This document shows, piece after piece, positions 49,312 to 59,019 of a stretch of DNA of 64,000 nt. The position numbers and the translations under genes were made by a program. The notes below the pieces were generated by a model. That model had not been told where the DNA came from. It ran no database searches and saw nothing but the letters and a program-made list of their open reading frames with translations. The stretch comes from Methanobacteriota archaeon (lineage in GTDB: Archaea > Thermoplasmatota > Poseidoniia > Poseidoniales > Thalassarchaeaceae). Each line of letters starts with the position of its first letter. The first letter of the stretch is position 1. The stretch is taken from assembly GCA_014240285.1 (NCBI GenBank), contig JAAZXI010000004.1, positions 1,476-65,475 on the forward strand. Reading direction: 5' to 3'.

Positions 49312-49399
49312 CGTCAGTCGGAAACAACAGCCTATCTTCAATCCGCGTGTCGTTTGTCGGCCCTAACAGTCCCATATTGGACTCATGGCCATCTGTCGG

Positions 49400-50095
49400 T
49401 CACTCTTCCTCGGTGACCGCGCGGGGCTCATGGACTTCCCTGAACACCACTACGCCTACTCCGAGGTGGTCCCTCAAGGTGCGGACGAGGTTGAACTTGG
49501 CGAAGGCCCAATTCTGGTCGTAGGCGATGGCCTCGGGGGTGGTGATAGTCAGGTCGTCGCCCTCGAAGTCGACCTCGAAGTCGTCACGGCCGGTGTTCAT
49601 GCTGAGCAGTGTTGTGACCTTCTCGGTGCGGTCCTCGACTACCTTCGTAATTCGGTAGTCGTAACGCAGGGTGACGCCGGCTAGTGGATGGTTGTAGTCT
49701 ATCCTCGCGCGTCCTGCGCTGAGAAACTGAAGGATACCTGTGCGACCGCCAATCTCGACCTGTGCACCGATGCCGAGCATCTCAGGATTTTTCACGCTAC
49801 GCAACAGGACGTTTTGGCCGATGGTCTCCACGAGGCTCGCATCGCGCTCGCCGTAGGCGTCAGCTGCCTCGATGTCGAAGCTGTAGTCGGTCTCCGTTTC
49901 GGCCTCGGCCAGATGGGCCTCAAATCCGGGAATCAGTTGACCATCGCCGACCACGGTCACCATAGGCGAGTAAGTTCGTGTCTCGTCGTGGACGTCGTGC
50001 TCCTTGGCGGCCTCTTCTCTGGTTGTCTCAATGAGCTTCTCAGTCTCTACATTGAAGAGATCGTAATCGATGTGAACTATCGTTCCGTCGTCCAT
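49400..50095 (-). CDS. FKBP-type peptidyl-prolyl isomerase (archaeal long SlyD type)
   Basis: G.GQLIPGFE, AYGERD, IDYNHPLAG.TL. Confidence 0.92.
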   Translation of the reverse strand: MDDGTIVHIDYDLFNVETEKLIETTREEAAKEHDVHDETRTYSPMVTVVGDGQLIPGFEAHLAEAETETDYSFDIEAADAYGERDASLVETIGQNVLLRSVKNPEMLGIGAQVEIGGRTGILQFLSAGRARIDYNHPLAGVTLRYDYRITKVVEDRTEKVTTLLSMNTGRDDFEVDFEGDDLTITTPEAIAYDQNWAFAKFNLVRTLRDHLGVGVVVFREVHEPRAVTEEE

Positions 50096-50184
50096 TGATA
50101 GGCCTCCTAGGCGACCCGCCGACCGGCTCCCCCTTTTTCATACAAACGGTATCACCGAAGGTGATATTTCGCTCGCTGTTAGGG

Positions 50185-52572
50185 CTATGCAGAGCGGTCA
50201 CTGGATGCAAGGGCCAGAGCACCTCCAAGCATCACTAGAACCCACCCGGCCCAGACTAGGTGGCTTCCCCTCAGGCTGTGCACGGTGACCCTGACGGTCT
50301 CAACTTCTTCGGTCCCACCGAGAATCATGGAGCTCAACAGGTCGTTGGACTGGAAAATGTCCAGAATAACGATGGTGTCGCCTGTCAGGCTGGTCATCCT
50401 GTCGACCTCCGAACGCGAGTTGACTGCTCCGCTTGGGGAGTCGAACCTCAGCATCCCCGGCCTAAGGGTGTCAATGAGTTCCCCGTCCTGTCTCACTTCG
50501 ATTATTACCCCAACAAAGCCGTCGCCAACGCCGAAGTCGTAGGTCTCGTCGTCGGCGGTAATCATTTCAGTGCCGACGAATACCAACTCGTAGCCGTCGT
50601 GCTCGGCTGGCTGATCTCGCTCCAAGGTGACTAGGTGAGAAGGGTCCGAGCGGTCGACGAGAGTGGTGGTCAGGACATGGCCGACCAGCAGCAGGAGGAT
50701 ACCGAGGTGTGCGAGGTGAGAGGCCAGCAGCCTAGTGCGGGAGGCATTACTGTTGCCGAGGCCGCCACTTCTGAGTTTAGGTAGAACGGTATTCGCAGTG
50801 CGCCATGCCTGCTGCGCGGTAGATGGTAGGGCGAAGATCAGCCAAGTCAACAGAAACAGAGCGACTGCCCCTCTAGTTATGCCGTTTGTGAAAATCAAAT
50901 CGGGGTCTCCAGGGAGGGAGAACTGATCGGCGGCGCTCGCGAGAGCAATAGAGGCCAGGAGCACTGCTCCGACCATTTTGTTGCCCACCTCAGGTGTGAT
51001 TGAGCGTCCCCAGGCGTACAGGGTCAGGCCGACGGCAAGCAGTCCGATGAGGGGGGCTCCGTAGAACTCATGGGCTTGGAGACTGGAACCGTCAATCTCT
51101 ATGGTCAGCAGCAGCCATGTCATGAGAAGGAATGCTGCGCCGCCATACCACGGCACCATCCTAGCGGCGCGGGTCCGCGCCGAGGAGTCGGAAAGAGGGA
51201 GTAGAAAATCCTCGAACTCACTCTCGTCCTCAGGAGATAGCAGCCAGGGAGCAAGGAACGGGACCAGTCCAGCGACCGCCTGCTGGATCTCGGAAATCCA
51301 GAGCCAGCTGGAGAAGAGCATCAGCAGGACGCCCATCGCGACCCAGTGCATCGGAGGATGCACGGAATCGCCGTGCACGATTAGTAACAGCAGTGCGAGG
51401 CCGACTGCGAAGACCGCGGTTGAACCGATCCAGAATGCAGCGGCGCAGAAGAACAGTAGCAAGGCTGCGGCCAGTTGTGGCCTAGCCGCCAGCATCGTAG
51501 TGCCATTGGAAGCAGCCACTGTGAGGCTCTGCTGCTGTCGCAGGTGAGCGTAGGAGTAGTAGCCGAGAATCAGAATCACGACGAGATACGAGGTGACCTC
51601 AATTCCCACCGGACTGAACTCAGCGATGTCTATGACGCGCAGGTAGGGATCATCGGCCAGCGTCCCCTCGCCGTCCGCCACGAAGGCGTGGACCGAGGCC
51701 CAGACTCCGTTCGCTCGGGTAACTAAGGTGGCATGGAAGGCGAGCGCTCCGGCAATTAGGCCGATGGCAGGAGCGACCGAGACAGCGCTGGAGCCGGGCT
51801 TGGCCCGTACGTGGACGATAAGCAGCAGTGCGAGCCACGGCAGTATAGAGCCGGTCTCGACAGGGTCCCAAGCCCAGTATCCTCCCCAGTCGAGCACCGT
51901 GTATGCCCACAAGCCACCCAATCCTATGCCGATGGTCCCGAGCACAAAGCCGGCGCGGGCCCAGTGTAGTTGGGCTGCGTGAACCGATTCGGCCGTATCG
52001 CGCCTAATCACTCCAGCTAGGGCTACGCTGGCAGTGGCCAGACACAGGGCGTAGTACGAGAACACGATTGGTGGGTGTATCACCATCAGATCGGTCTGGA
52101 GGAGTGGGTGTAGTTCGCCCTGGCTTCCAATAGCCGCAGCGAACGGGTCGAGCAACCATGAAATGACCACTAGCGCGGCTACCCAGCCGTGCATTATTCT
52201 TACTTCAAGCGGTGCTGGCTCGTCATCTCTGGCCATGAACCAAGTCACTACAGCCAGTATGGCAGCCCATAGGAGAAGAGGTCCCGCCCTACCTCCCCAA
52301 ACGGCTGAGATTCGATACAGTAGAGGTAGTTCGTCACCGCCATAGCGAGCGACTAGGTCGAGAGAGGAGGCATCGAGTACGAAAGCTCCGACCAACAGTG
52401 CGAACGGGGAAATTTGCGCGGCCATCGTGACATTGCGGACAACCGGGTCGCCTGCCTTCTCGGGTCGCGTAATCTGATGCAGGCTGGTCAGTAGCGCGAG
52501 CGCGAGTAGCGCCAACCCGAATCCAGGGAGTACGGAATCACCACCCGTAGTACCTAGCTCTGCTATAGCCAA
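50185..52572 (-). CDS. ccmF: cytochrome c maturation heme lyase CcmF
   Basis: SAVWGG.AG.LLLW, PLLQ..LM.IHPP, WAY.VLDWGGYWAWDPVE (WWD domain), VHAF, HLG; many TM segments. Confidence 0.88.
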   Translation of the reverse strand: MAIAELGTTGGDSVLPGFGLALLALALLTSLHQITRPEKAGDPVVRNVTMAAQISPFALLVGAFVLDASSLDLVARYGGDELPLLYRISAVWGGRAGPLLLWAAILAVVTWFMARDDEPAPLEVRIMHGWVAALVVISWLLDPFAAAIGSQGELHPLLQTDLMVIHPPIVFSYYALCLATASVALAGVIRRDTAESVHAAQLHWARAGFVLGTIGIGLGGLWAYTVLDWGGYWAWDPVETGSILPWLALLLIVHVRAKPGSSAVSVAPAIGLIAGALAFHATLVTRANGVWASVHAFVADGEGTLADDPYLRVIDIAEFSPVGIEVTSYLVVILILGYYSYAHLRQQQSLTVAASNGTTMLAARPQLAAALLLFFCAAAFWIGSTAVFAVGLALLLLIVHGDSVHPPMHWVAMGVLLMLFSSWLWISEIQQAVAGLVPFLAPWLLSPEDESEFEDFLLPLSDSSARTRAARMVPWYGGAAFLLMTWLLLTIEIDGSSLQAHEFYGAPLIGLLAVGLTLYAWGRSITPEVGNKMVGAVLLASIALASAADQFSLPGDPDLIFTNGITRGAVALFLLTWLIFALPSTAQQAWRTANTVLPKLRSGGLGNSNASRTRLLASHLAHLGILLLLVGHVLTTTLVDRSDPSHLVTLERDQPAEHDGYELVFVGTEMITADDETYDFGVGDGFVGVIIEVRQDGELIDTLRPGMLRFDSPSGAVNSRSEVDRMTSLTGDTIVILDIFQSNDLLSSMILGGTEEVETVRVTVHSLRGSHLVWAGWVLVMLGGALALASSDRSA

Positions 52573-53785
52573 AGGCCAGCATTGCAGGTACGATTTTCTT
52601 GAAGTACAACCCAGGGCGGCGAACCAGCAGCCTCAGTCCTACCATCGCCTTCCCGCTGACCCCCATGTCCCCCATCTCGTCAGGGAAGCATCGAGCCATT
52701 ACCGACATTTCGTCGTCCGTCAGATCGAATAACGCGTTCTTGCCGCGCAGAATCTTGTCGTATGGCGGGAACTCGTCCTTCCACAGTCTCGAGTACACGG
52801 ATAGTCGCTGGGCGCTGAGGTCACCCTCGGCGATAGCCGCAGCGGCTGTGTCAGCGGCATAGACCGCTGACTTCAGTGCGAGGTGCGAGCCGCCTTCGAA
52901 GAGAGGGGAAGTGAAGCCGGCGGCGTCGCCGATCAACATCAGCCCGTCGTAGTGCGTATTATCGAAAGGACCGGAGATTGGAATGGTCCCTCCAAAGGCA
53001 GGATTGCCCTTCTCCTTCCAGGGCGGAGGAACCTGCTTGAGTTCCTTGAAGTGAGTGATGTCGATGAACTCGTCAAGCGCCTTCTTGGCCCGGGGTCTGT
53101 CCTCGGTGACCAGCCCTACGTTGGCGCGGCCTTCGCATTTGGGAATCATCCACAGGTAGCCCTTCTCGGCGTACTTCGGCCAGATGTAGAAGTCGAGATA
53201 GCCGTCTGTCGGAACTTCAAGCATCTCGTACTGCATGCCGGCCACGACCTCGCCCATCTTGTTCAACGGATTCTCGTCGACTAGTTTGACAATCTTCGAG
53301 CAAACTGCGGCAACGCCAGATGCATCGATGACGACCTTGGCCCGAATTGGGAATTCGTCTCCCTTGCCGTCGCATATCCAACCTGCGAATTGACCGTCCT
53401 CCTCCACCCTCTCCATCGAGGTGAGTTTGTGGTTGAGGTGCAAGTTGGCGCCAGCCTCGACAGCCTCGTCTGCAATCCACCTCTCAAACAGGTGCTTCTC
53501 GAGGACGTAGCCCTCCTCTGTCAGACACTTCTCGGTGCCGTCCGGGAAGATTACCCTGATTCCATGCACTCTGAGGCTGATGACGTCCTCCGGTAGATCC
53601 AGATTGAGGTTCTCACAGGCAATCTCGGAGATGCACTCTCCGCAGTGAACCGGGGTTCCTATTGCGGGGTGGTCCTCGATTATCATCGTCGAGAGTCCCT
53701 TGCGAGCGCACTGCAGAGCGGCGTTTCCGCCACCAGGGCCGGCTCCGACAATTAGGGCATCGCAGGTCCTCATCGCATCTCCCAT
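52538..53785 (-). CDS. geranylgeranyl reductase family FAD oxidoreductase
   Basis: VGAGPGG, G.PVHCGE, IDASG, GYLWMIPK, ANVG, IGDAAG..PL..GG. Confidence 0.9.
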   Translation of the reverse strand: MGDAMRTCDALIVGAGPGGGNAALQCARKGLSTMIIEDHPAIGTPVHCGECISEIACENLNLDLPEDVISLRVHGIRVIFPDGTEKCLTEEGYVLEKHLFERWIADEAVEAGANLHLNHKLTSMERVEEDGQFAGWICDGKGDEFPIRAKVVIDASGVAAVCSKIVKLVDENPLNKMGEVVAGMQYEMLEVPTDGYLDFYIWPKYAEKGYLWMIPKCEGRANVGLVTEDRPRAKKALDEFIDITHFKELKQVPPPWKEKGNPAFGGTIPISGPFDNTHYDGLMLIGDAAGFTSPLFEGGSHLALKSAVYAADTAAAAIAEGDLSAQRLSVYSRLWKDEFPPYDKILRGKNALFDLTDDEMSVMARCFPDEMGDMGVSGKAMVGLRLLVRRPGLYFKKIVPAMLAFGYSRARYYGW

Positions 53786-53880
53786 GGTACCATCGGAAGG
53801 TCGGATAACAAAGAAACCCTCGGTCCCGCCATCTATGATGGCGAGCGAACCTTCTCATCCTGTGGGTGCTCCGCCGTCTC

Positions 53881-55752
53881 ATGGTCTGGAGGAAACTCTC
53901 CCGATATGTCAGGTCCCTAGAGGAGTCTGGCGATATGCTGCGGATCCCTGATTCGGTCGATGTCGAACTGGAGGCGGGCTGCTTTGCCGACCGACTCGTG
54001 AAGCGAGGAGGTCCTGCAATAAAATTCGAGCAGCCCCGCTTACCAGACGGCAGTATCAGCGAGTTTCCTCTGCTGATGAACCTGTACGGGACGAGGGAGC
54101 GGACCTGTAGGGCGCTCGGAGTTGAGGAGCCGAAGCAGGTCGGCGAGGGTATGGTCGCCCTGATGAAGCCCGACATCGGAGGCATACTCAAGGCGCCATG
54201 GACAGGGATAGGTCTTGCGAGGCAGGGCATCGCGATGGCGCCGCGCAAAGTCTCGAGAGGGGCCTGTCAGCAGGTCGTCATGGAGAATCCGGACGTCACT
54301 AGGCTGCCGATACCAAGGACCTGGCCTGAGGATGCCGGGGCGTTCATGACACTCCCGCTGGTCGTCACCGCAGATCCAGATACCGGCGTGCACAATATGG
54401 GAATGTACCGAAGCCAGGTGTTCGGCCCGACAGAGGTGGGTCTACACTGGCAGGCCCACAAGCACGGTGCCGACCACGCTGACGCAGCCAGCGGCAGGAT
54501 GCCGGTAGCGATTTGCCTAGGCGGTCCGCCCGAGCTGACCTTTAGCGCCATCTCTCCATTGCCGGACAACCTAACCGAGTATGAATTCGCAGGACTGCTC
54601 GCCAGAAAGAGGCTTTCGATAGTCAAGTGCGAGACCAGCGACCTCTGGGTACCGGCTGAGTGCGATGTGGTCATCGAGGGTTACACTGTACCCGGCGAGA
54701 CCAGGCTCGAAGGGCCTTTTGGTGACCACTTCGGCTACTACTCTCTAGCCGAGCCGTACCCAGTAATGCACATTACGCGAATCACCCATCGCAGGGATGC
54801 AATGATTCCCATGACCATCGTGGGGCTTCCTCCGATGGAGGATGGTTACCTTGGCGAAGCTGTTGGCGATGCTTTCCTACCCGTGCTGAGGTTCCAGCAT
54901 CGAGACCTCGTCGATCTCTTCCTGCCGCTCGAGACCGGTTTCCATAACCTAGCCATCGTCGCCTCAAAGCAGCGCTACCCGAGGCAGGCACGCAAGACCG
55001 CACTGGGCCTTCTGGGCGCTGGGCAGTTGATGTTCCAGAAGGTGGTGGTGGTGGTGGACAAGGACCATCCGGTCAAGGACCTCGATGCGCTTCTCGACGC
55101 CATCGACTACCGCGTCCACATCCCCGAAGACCTAGTCTTCCTGAGGGGGATGGTCGCTGACACGTTGGCACATGCCGCGCCGTGGGATAACATCCACGAC
55201 AAGTTGGTTATCGATGCCACTACGACTCCGGAGGGAGATCCACACTCCGAGCTGCTTGAGCAACCGGGCTGTCCTGACTCACTGGAGATTTCTGCCTCAG
55301 CGGTGAAGGGAGTCGTCCAAGCTAGGATGCTGCGCTCGTCGATGCTTGTGGTTACTACGAACATCGAAGGGAACCCGAAGCCCGAGAGCAGCATGGAGGA
55401 GCCTAGTGAGGAAGGCGCTGCTAGGCAGCGTGAGGTCATCCGTAGCATCAGCGAAGCGATTTGGTCGCTTGAGGCCGCACAGAATCTGCGCTGGCTGTTC
55501 ATCACCGACGACGACGCATATCTAGCCAGTGATGACTGGCGACGGCGTCTGCTGTGGCAACTGTTCTGCCGTTTCGACGTAGGACGCGACCTGCACTTCG
55601 ACGAGTCCGGTGGCCGGCTCGCATGGGACGCCACCGCACCGATTCCCTCGAGCAAGGGTCCGCTGCCGGTGCGGCGCTGGCCGGGCGTGACCCTGCACGA
55701 CCCCGAGGTCGCGGAGAGGGTGGATGCGTGGCTGGCCGAGGGAGGTTACTGA
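53881..55752 (+). CDS. UbiD-family decarboxylase (MqnL-like)
   Basis: N.GMYR, HWQ.HK, EGPFGDHFGYY, G.PP.ED, K..VVVD; the C-terminal domain appears duplicated. Confidence 0.9.
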   Translation: MVWRKLSRYVRSLEESGDMLRIPDSVDVELEAGCFADRLVKRGGPAIKFEQPRLPDGSISEFPLLMNLYGTRERTCRALGVEEPKQVGEGMVALMKPDIGGILKAPWTGIGLARQGIAMAPRKVSRGACQQVVMENPDVTRLPIPRTWPEDAGAFMTLPLVVTADPDTGVHNMGMYRSQVFGPTEVGLHWQAHKHGADHADAASGRMPVAICLGGPPELTFSAISPLPDNLTEYEFAGLLARKRLSIVKCETSDLWVPAECDVVIEGYTVPGETRLEGPFGDHFGYYSLAEPYPVMHITRITHRRDAMIPMTIVGLPPMEDGYLGEAVGDAFLPVLRFQHRDLVDLFLPLETGFHNLAIVASKQRYPRQARKTALGLLGAGQLMFQKVVVVVDKDHPVKDLDALLDAIDYRVHIPEDLVFLRGMVADTLAHAAPWDNIHDKLVIDATTTPEGDPHSELLEQPGCPDSLEISASAVKGVVQARMLRSSMLVVTTNIEGNPKPESSMEEPSEEGAARQREVIRSISEAIWSLEAAQNLRWLFITDDDAYLASDDWRRRLLWQLFCRFDVGRDLHFDESGGRLAWDATAPIPSSKGPLPVRRWPGVTLHDPEVAERVDAWLAEGGY

Positions 55753-56708
55753 TGGGAATCAAGGAGATTCTAGACTTCGTCAAGATAGAACATATGTTGT
55801 TCTCCCTTCCGTTTGTCCTGATTGGCTTCGTTCTCGCTGACAAGGAGTTCGGCTCCGAGCAGATGGACATAGTGTGGATACTGGTAGCCGCGGTTGGGGC
55901 TAGAGGACTGGCCTTGACACTCAACCGAATAATCGATCGAGACATCGATGCAGAAAATCCGCGTACCGCTACAAGACACCTTCCTTCAGGCACAATGTCC
56001 GTTCAAACTGCCTGGATTCTTTCAGGGGGCTTCCTCTTGATGCTGCTTCTCGCTGCATGGATGTTGAACGTGGTTGCGCTGCAGATGGCATGGCTACCGG
56101 TGCTCGTGTTCGTAATCTATCCTTACACAAAGCGCATCTCATGGATATGCCACTTCTGGGTGGGGCTGTGCCTAGCACTCGCTCCAGCCGGCGCATGGGT
56201 CGCCATCACAGCGGATACCCACGGCTGGGCGGCTATCACCGGAATGCTGGATGGGCAGACCGAGTTCCTGTGGTTTCCAGAGGTGTTCTTCATCTCGTTT
56301 GGAGTGGCGCTTTGGATAGCAGCATTCGACATCAACTACGCTTTGATGGACCAAGATGAGGATCGCAAGCAGGGAATTCGCTCATTCCCCGCAAGTTACG
56401 GCCAAGAGGCAACTAGGAAACTGAGTGTGGCTCTGACTATCGGCTGGCTAGCGTGCTTTCTGCTAACAGGCATGCACGACTTCACCGACCGGCGGTTATT
56501 CCGTTACACGCTTTGGGTTCCTGCTGTGGTGCTGATGGCGCTGATCAACATCTTCGTGATGACAAAAGGGGCGCAGGCTGCAACTGAGTCTGACGAGGCC
56601 ATGGGGGGGTTCCAGAAGACTCTGTTCCGTGCCTCGATGTTCACAGGATGGGCATTGCTGGCTAGTCTCATGTTCGTAGAGTATTACACTGATGGACTGG
56701 AAGATTGA
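55752..56708 (+). CDS. UbiA-family prenyltransferase (MqnP-like)
   Basis: VKIEH..F.LPF, NRIIDRDIDAENPRT..R.LP.G, YPYTKR, FDINYALMD...D; TGATG coupling to the UbiD gene. Confidence 0.9.
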   Translation: MGIKEILDFVKIEHMLFSLPFVLIGFVLADKEFGSEQMDIVWILVAAVGARGLALTLNRIIDRDIDAENPRTATRHLPSGTMSVQTAWILSGGFLLMLLLAAWMLNVVALQMAWLPVLVFVIYPYTKRISWICHFWVGLCLALAPAGAWVAITADTHGWAAITGMLDGQTEFLWFPEVFFISFGVALWIAAFDINYALMDQDEDRKQGIRSFPASYGQEATRKLSVALTIGWLACFLLTGMHDFTDRRLFRYTLWVPAVVLMALINIFVMTKGAQAATESDEAMGGFQKTLFRASMFTGWALLASLMFVEYYTDGLED

Positions 56709-56717
56709 GGTCATACG

Positions 56718-58994
56718 ATGTTCCGACTGCACGCAGAGTATGACACCGCTGGTGACCAGCAGCAGGCCATCGACCAGTTGGTAGAGCAGTTGGAAGCAGG
56801 TCAGGAGCGTTGCGTGCTGCTAGGTGTGACTGGTTCGGGCAAGACCTTTGCCATGGCCAAGGTCATCGAGAAGTTACAACTCCCGACGCTGATTCTGTCA
56901 CACAACAAGACGCTAGCTCGACAGTTATGGCAGGAGATGAGTGAACTGTTTCCCGAGAACGCGGTGGAGTACTTCGTCAGCTACTATGACTACTACCAGC
57001 CTGAGGCTTACATTCCCGGGCGCGATCTATATATCGACAAGGAACTGCAGATGAACGAGCGAATCGAGCAGGAGCGTTTCTCCACTGTGGCCTCTCTCGT
57101 CTCACGCCCCGATGTCATCACCGTGGGAACGGTCTCTATCATTTACGGGCTGAACCCTCCTGAGGTGTTCGAGCAGAATCACCTGAGGCTGGCTGTGGGC
57201 GACCAGGCTGACCCGCAAGACGTGGTCCGGCAGCTGGTCGGCCTGCAGTACCGCCGCACCACCGGCGAGATTGCGCGCGGTGACATCCGCCTGCGCGGCG
57301 AGGTGCTCGATGTCTGGATGCCAAGCCGTGACGATCCTTTGCGCATCCGCTTCGGCTGGGATGGTATCGAGCGCATCCAGGTCTGCGAGGCGGTCTCGTG
57401 GGAGCCACTCGACGACTTCGAAGAAGCCTGGATTCACCCACGCGAGTTCTATATGACTAGCGAGGAGCGTTTCAATCAGGCCCTCGAGGATATCGAGGCC
57501 GAGCTCAATGACAGACTGGAGTGGTTCAACTCCAATGATATGGAACTAGAGGCACACAGACAGGAGAAGCGCACTAAGTTCGACCTAGAGATGCTTAACG
57601 AGGTAGGCTCGTGCAAGGGCGTCGAGAATTACTCGATGCACTTCGACGGCAGGCAGCGCGGCGAGCGCTCGTACTGCCTGCTTGACTTCTTCTCTATGTG
57701 TGCCGAGAAATACCACGGAGGCCCGGAGAGGTACCTCGTCGTCATGGACGAGTCACACGTCACACTTCCACAGGTGACAGGGATGCACGGTGGCGACTTC
57801 TCACGCAAGAAGAATCTCATCGATCACGGCTTCCGTCTGCCCTCAGCCTACGACAACCGTCCACTGCGCATCGACGAATTCCAGAAACTGGTGCCGCAGA
57901 TGATGTACGTCAGTGCGACCCCGGGTGAGCGCGAACTGCGTCATTTGGCAGAAATCACCGGACAGGGAGTCCCAGAGGGCCTGCTGCACGTCCAGGGTGG
58001 TGGCGGCGCTAGGGCAGCTGAGCGGGACAAGCCGCGTGAGAGGGTGATGATGGAAGGGATGCTGGGCCAGATAGAAGGCATTGCTAGGATGGAAATCCGA
58101 CCCACTGGGCTGCTCGACCCGGGCATCGAGGTCAGAGCTACGGCCGGGCAAGTGCAGGATCTCGAGGATGAAATCCGCAAGCGCATAGAGGTCAACGAGC
58201 GAGTCCTTGTGACAGTGATGACCATCAAATTCGCAGAGGAGGTGGCCGAGTACCTCAATCGCCAAGGCTTCAAGGCGCATCACCTGCACAGTGAGATTGA
58301 CACACTGGAGCGTACTGAGATCATCAAAGCGCTGCGTATCGGTCACATCGACATCATAGTCGGAATCAACCTGCTGAGGGAAGGGCTGGACATACCCGAG
58401 GTCTCACTGGTCGCCATCTTCGACGCCGACAAAGAGGGATTCCTGCGCAACGAACGCTCACTGCTGCAGACTATTGGCAGAGCGAGTCGCAATGAGCACG
58501 GCTCGGTCATCCTGTACGCCGACTCGGTCTCGCTGGCGATGGAGGCCGCAATCAGCCAAACGTTGTCGAGGCGTAGCATGCAGAGTGCGCACAACGAGGA
58601 GTACGGCATCGTGCCGCAGACCATCCGCAAGGCGCTGCCTGTGATGGGAGAGGAGGTCGAAGACCTGTTGTCCGGAGTGGCGGGCAAGGGCAAGCGAGGT
58701 GGGCGGCGAATGGTCGGCAAAGCGCCCGGGAAGCGCGGGCTTGAGGGGTTGGCGCAGAAGTTCGGCCTCGGAGCGGGAGTATGGAACTCCTCGGACTCTG
58801 TGCTCGAGAATGTCAGTCAGCCCGACTGGGTGGCTGCGGCTTACGAGGCGGTCGCAAACGAGGAGGGGGGCGATACAGCGAAGCTGATTATTCGTTTGGA
58901 GAAGGAGATGAGGCAGGCCGCGGCTAGGTTAGATTTCGAACGTGCAGCACAGTTGCGCGACCGTATATTCCAGCTTGAGAGTGCGTCGAATTGA
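56718..58994 (+). CDS. uvrB: excinuclease ABC subunit B
   Basis: LGVTGSGKT, HNKTLA.QL, YFVSYYDYYQPEAY, DESH, GFRLPSA.DNRPL, SATPG, GINLLREGLDIPEVSLV, C-terminal UVR domain. Confidence 0.97.
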   Translation: MFRLHAEYDTAGDQQQAIDQLVEQLEAGQERCVLLGVTGSGKTFAMAKVIEKLQLPTLILSHNKTLARQLWQEMSELFPENAVEYFVSYYDYYQPEAYIPGRDLYIDKELQMNERIEQERFSTVASLVSRPDVITVGTVSIIYGLNPPEVFEQNHLRLAVGDQADPQDVVRQLVGLQYRRTTGEIARGDIRLRGEVLDVWMPSRDDPLRIRFGWDGIERIQVCEAVSWEPLDDFEEAWIHPREFYMTSEERFNQALEDIEAELNDRLEWFNSNDMELEAHRQEKRTKFDLEMLNEVGSCKGVENYSMHFDGRQRGERSYCLLDFFSMCAEKYHGGPERYLVVMDESHVTLPQVTGMHGGDFSRKKNLIDHGFRLPSAYDNRPLRIDEFQKLVPQMMYVSATPGERELRHLAEITGQGVPEGLLHVQGGGGARAAERDKPRERVMMEGMLGQIEGIARMEIRPTGLLDPGIEVRATAGQVQDLEDEIRKRIEVNERVLVTVMTIKFAEEVAEYLNRQGFKAHHLHSEIDTLERTEIIKALRIGHIDIIVGINLLREGLDIPEVSLVAIFDADKEGFLRNERSLLQTIGRASRNEHGSVILYADSVSLAMEAAISQTLSRRSMQSAHNEEYGIVPQTIRKALPVMGEEVEDLLSGVAGKGKRGGRRMVGKAPGKRGLEGLAQKFGLGAGVWNSSDSVLENVSQPDWVAAAYEAVANEEGGDTAKLIIRLEKEMRQAAARLDFERAAQLRDRIFQLESASN

Positions 58995-59019
58995 AGGCTC
59001 GGAAGCACTGCGAAGGGGC

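Noticed and set aside
53613..54248. 211-aa minus-strand ORF
   Set aside because: Overlaps the GGR and UbiD genes and has no recognisable features.
55040..55058. GTG trinucleotide run as a phase-variable repeat
   Set aside because: Encodes the in-frame VVVVV strand expected in UbiD.
55554..55751. N-terminal extension of the UbiA ORF; likewise the track extensions of GT2, uvrC, HxlR, dys and the PRC protein
   Set aside because: They overlap neighbouring genes or intergenic sequence; downstream starts fit family N-termini, SD sites or coupling better.
57930..58090. Intein in UvrB
   Set aside because: The insertion is too short and lacks the N-terminal Cys/Ser and C-terminal His-Asn splice motifs.
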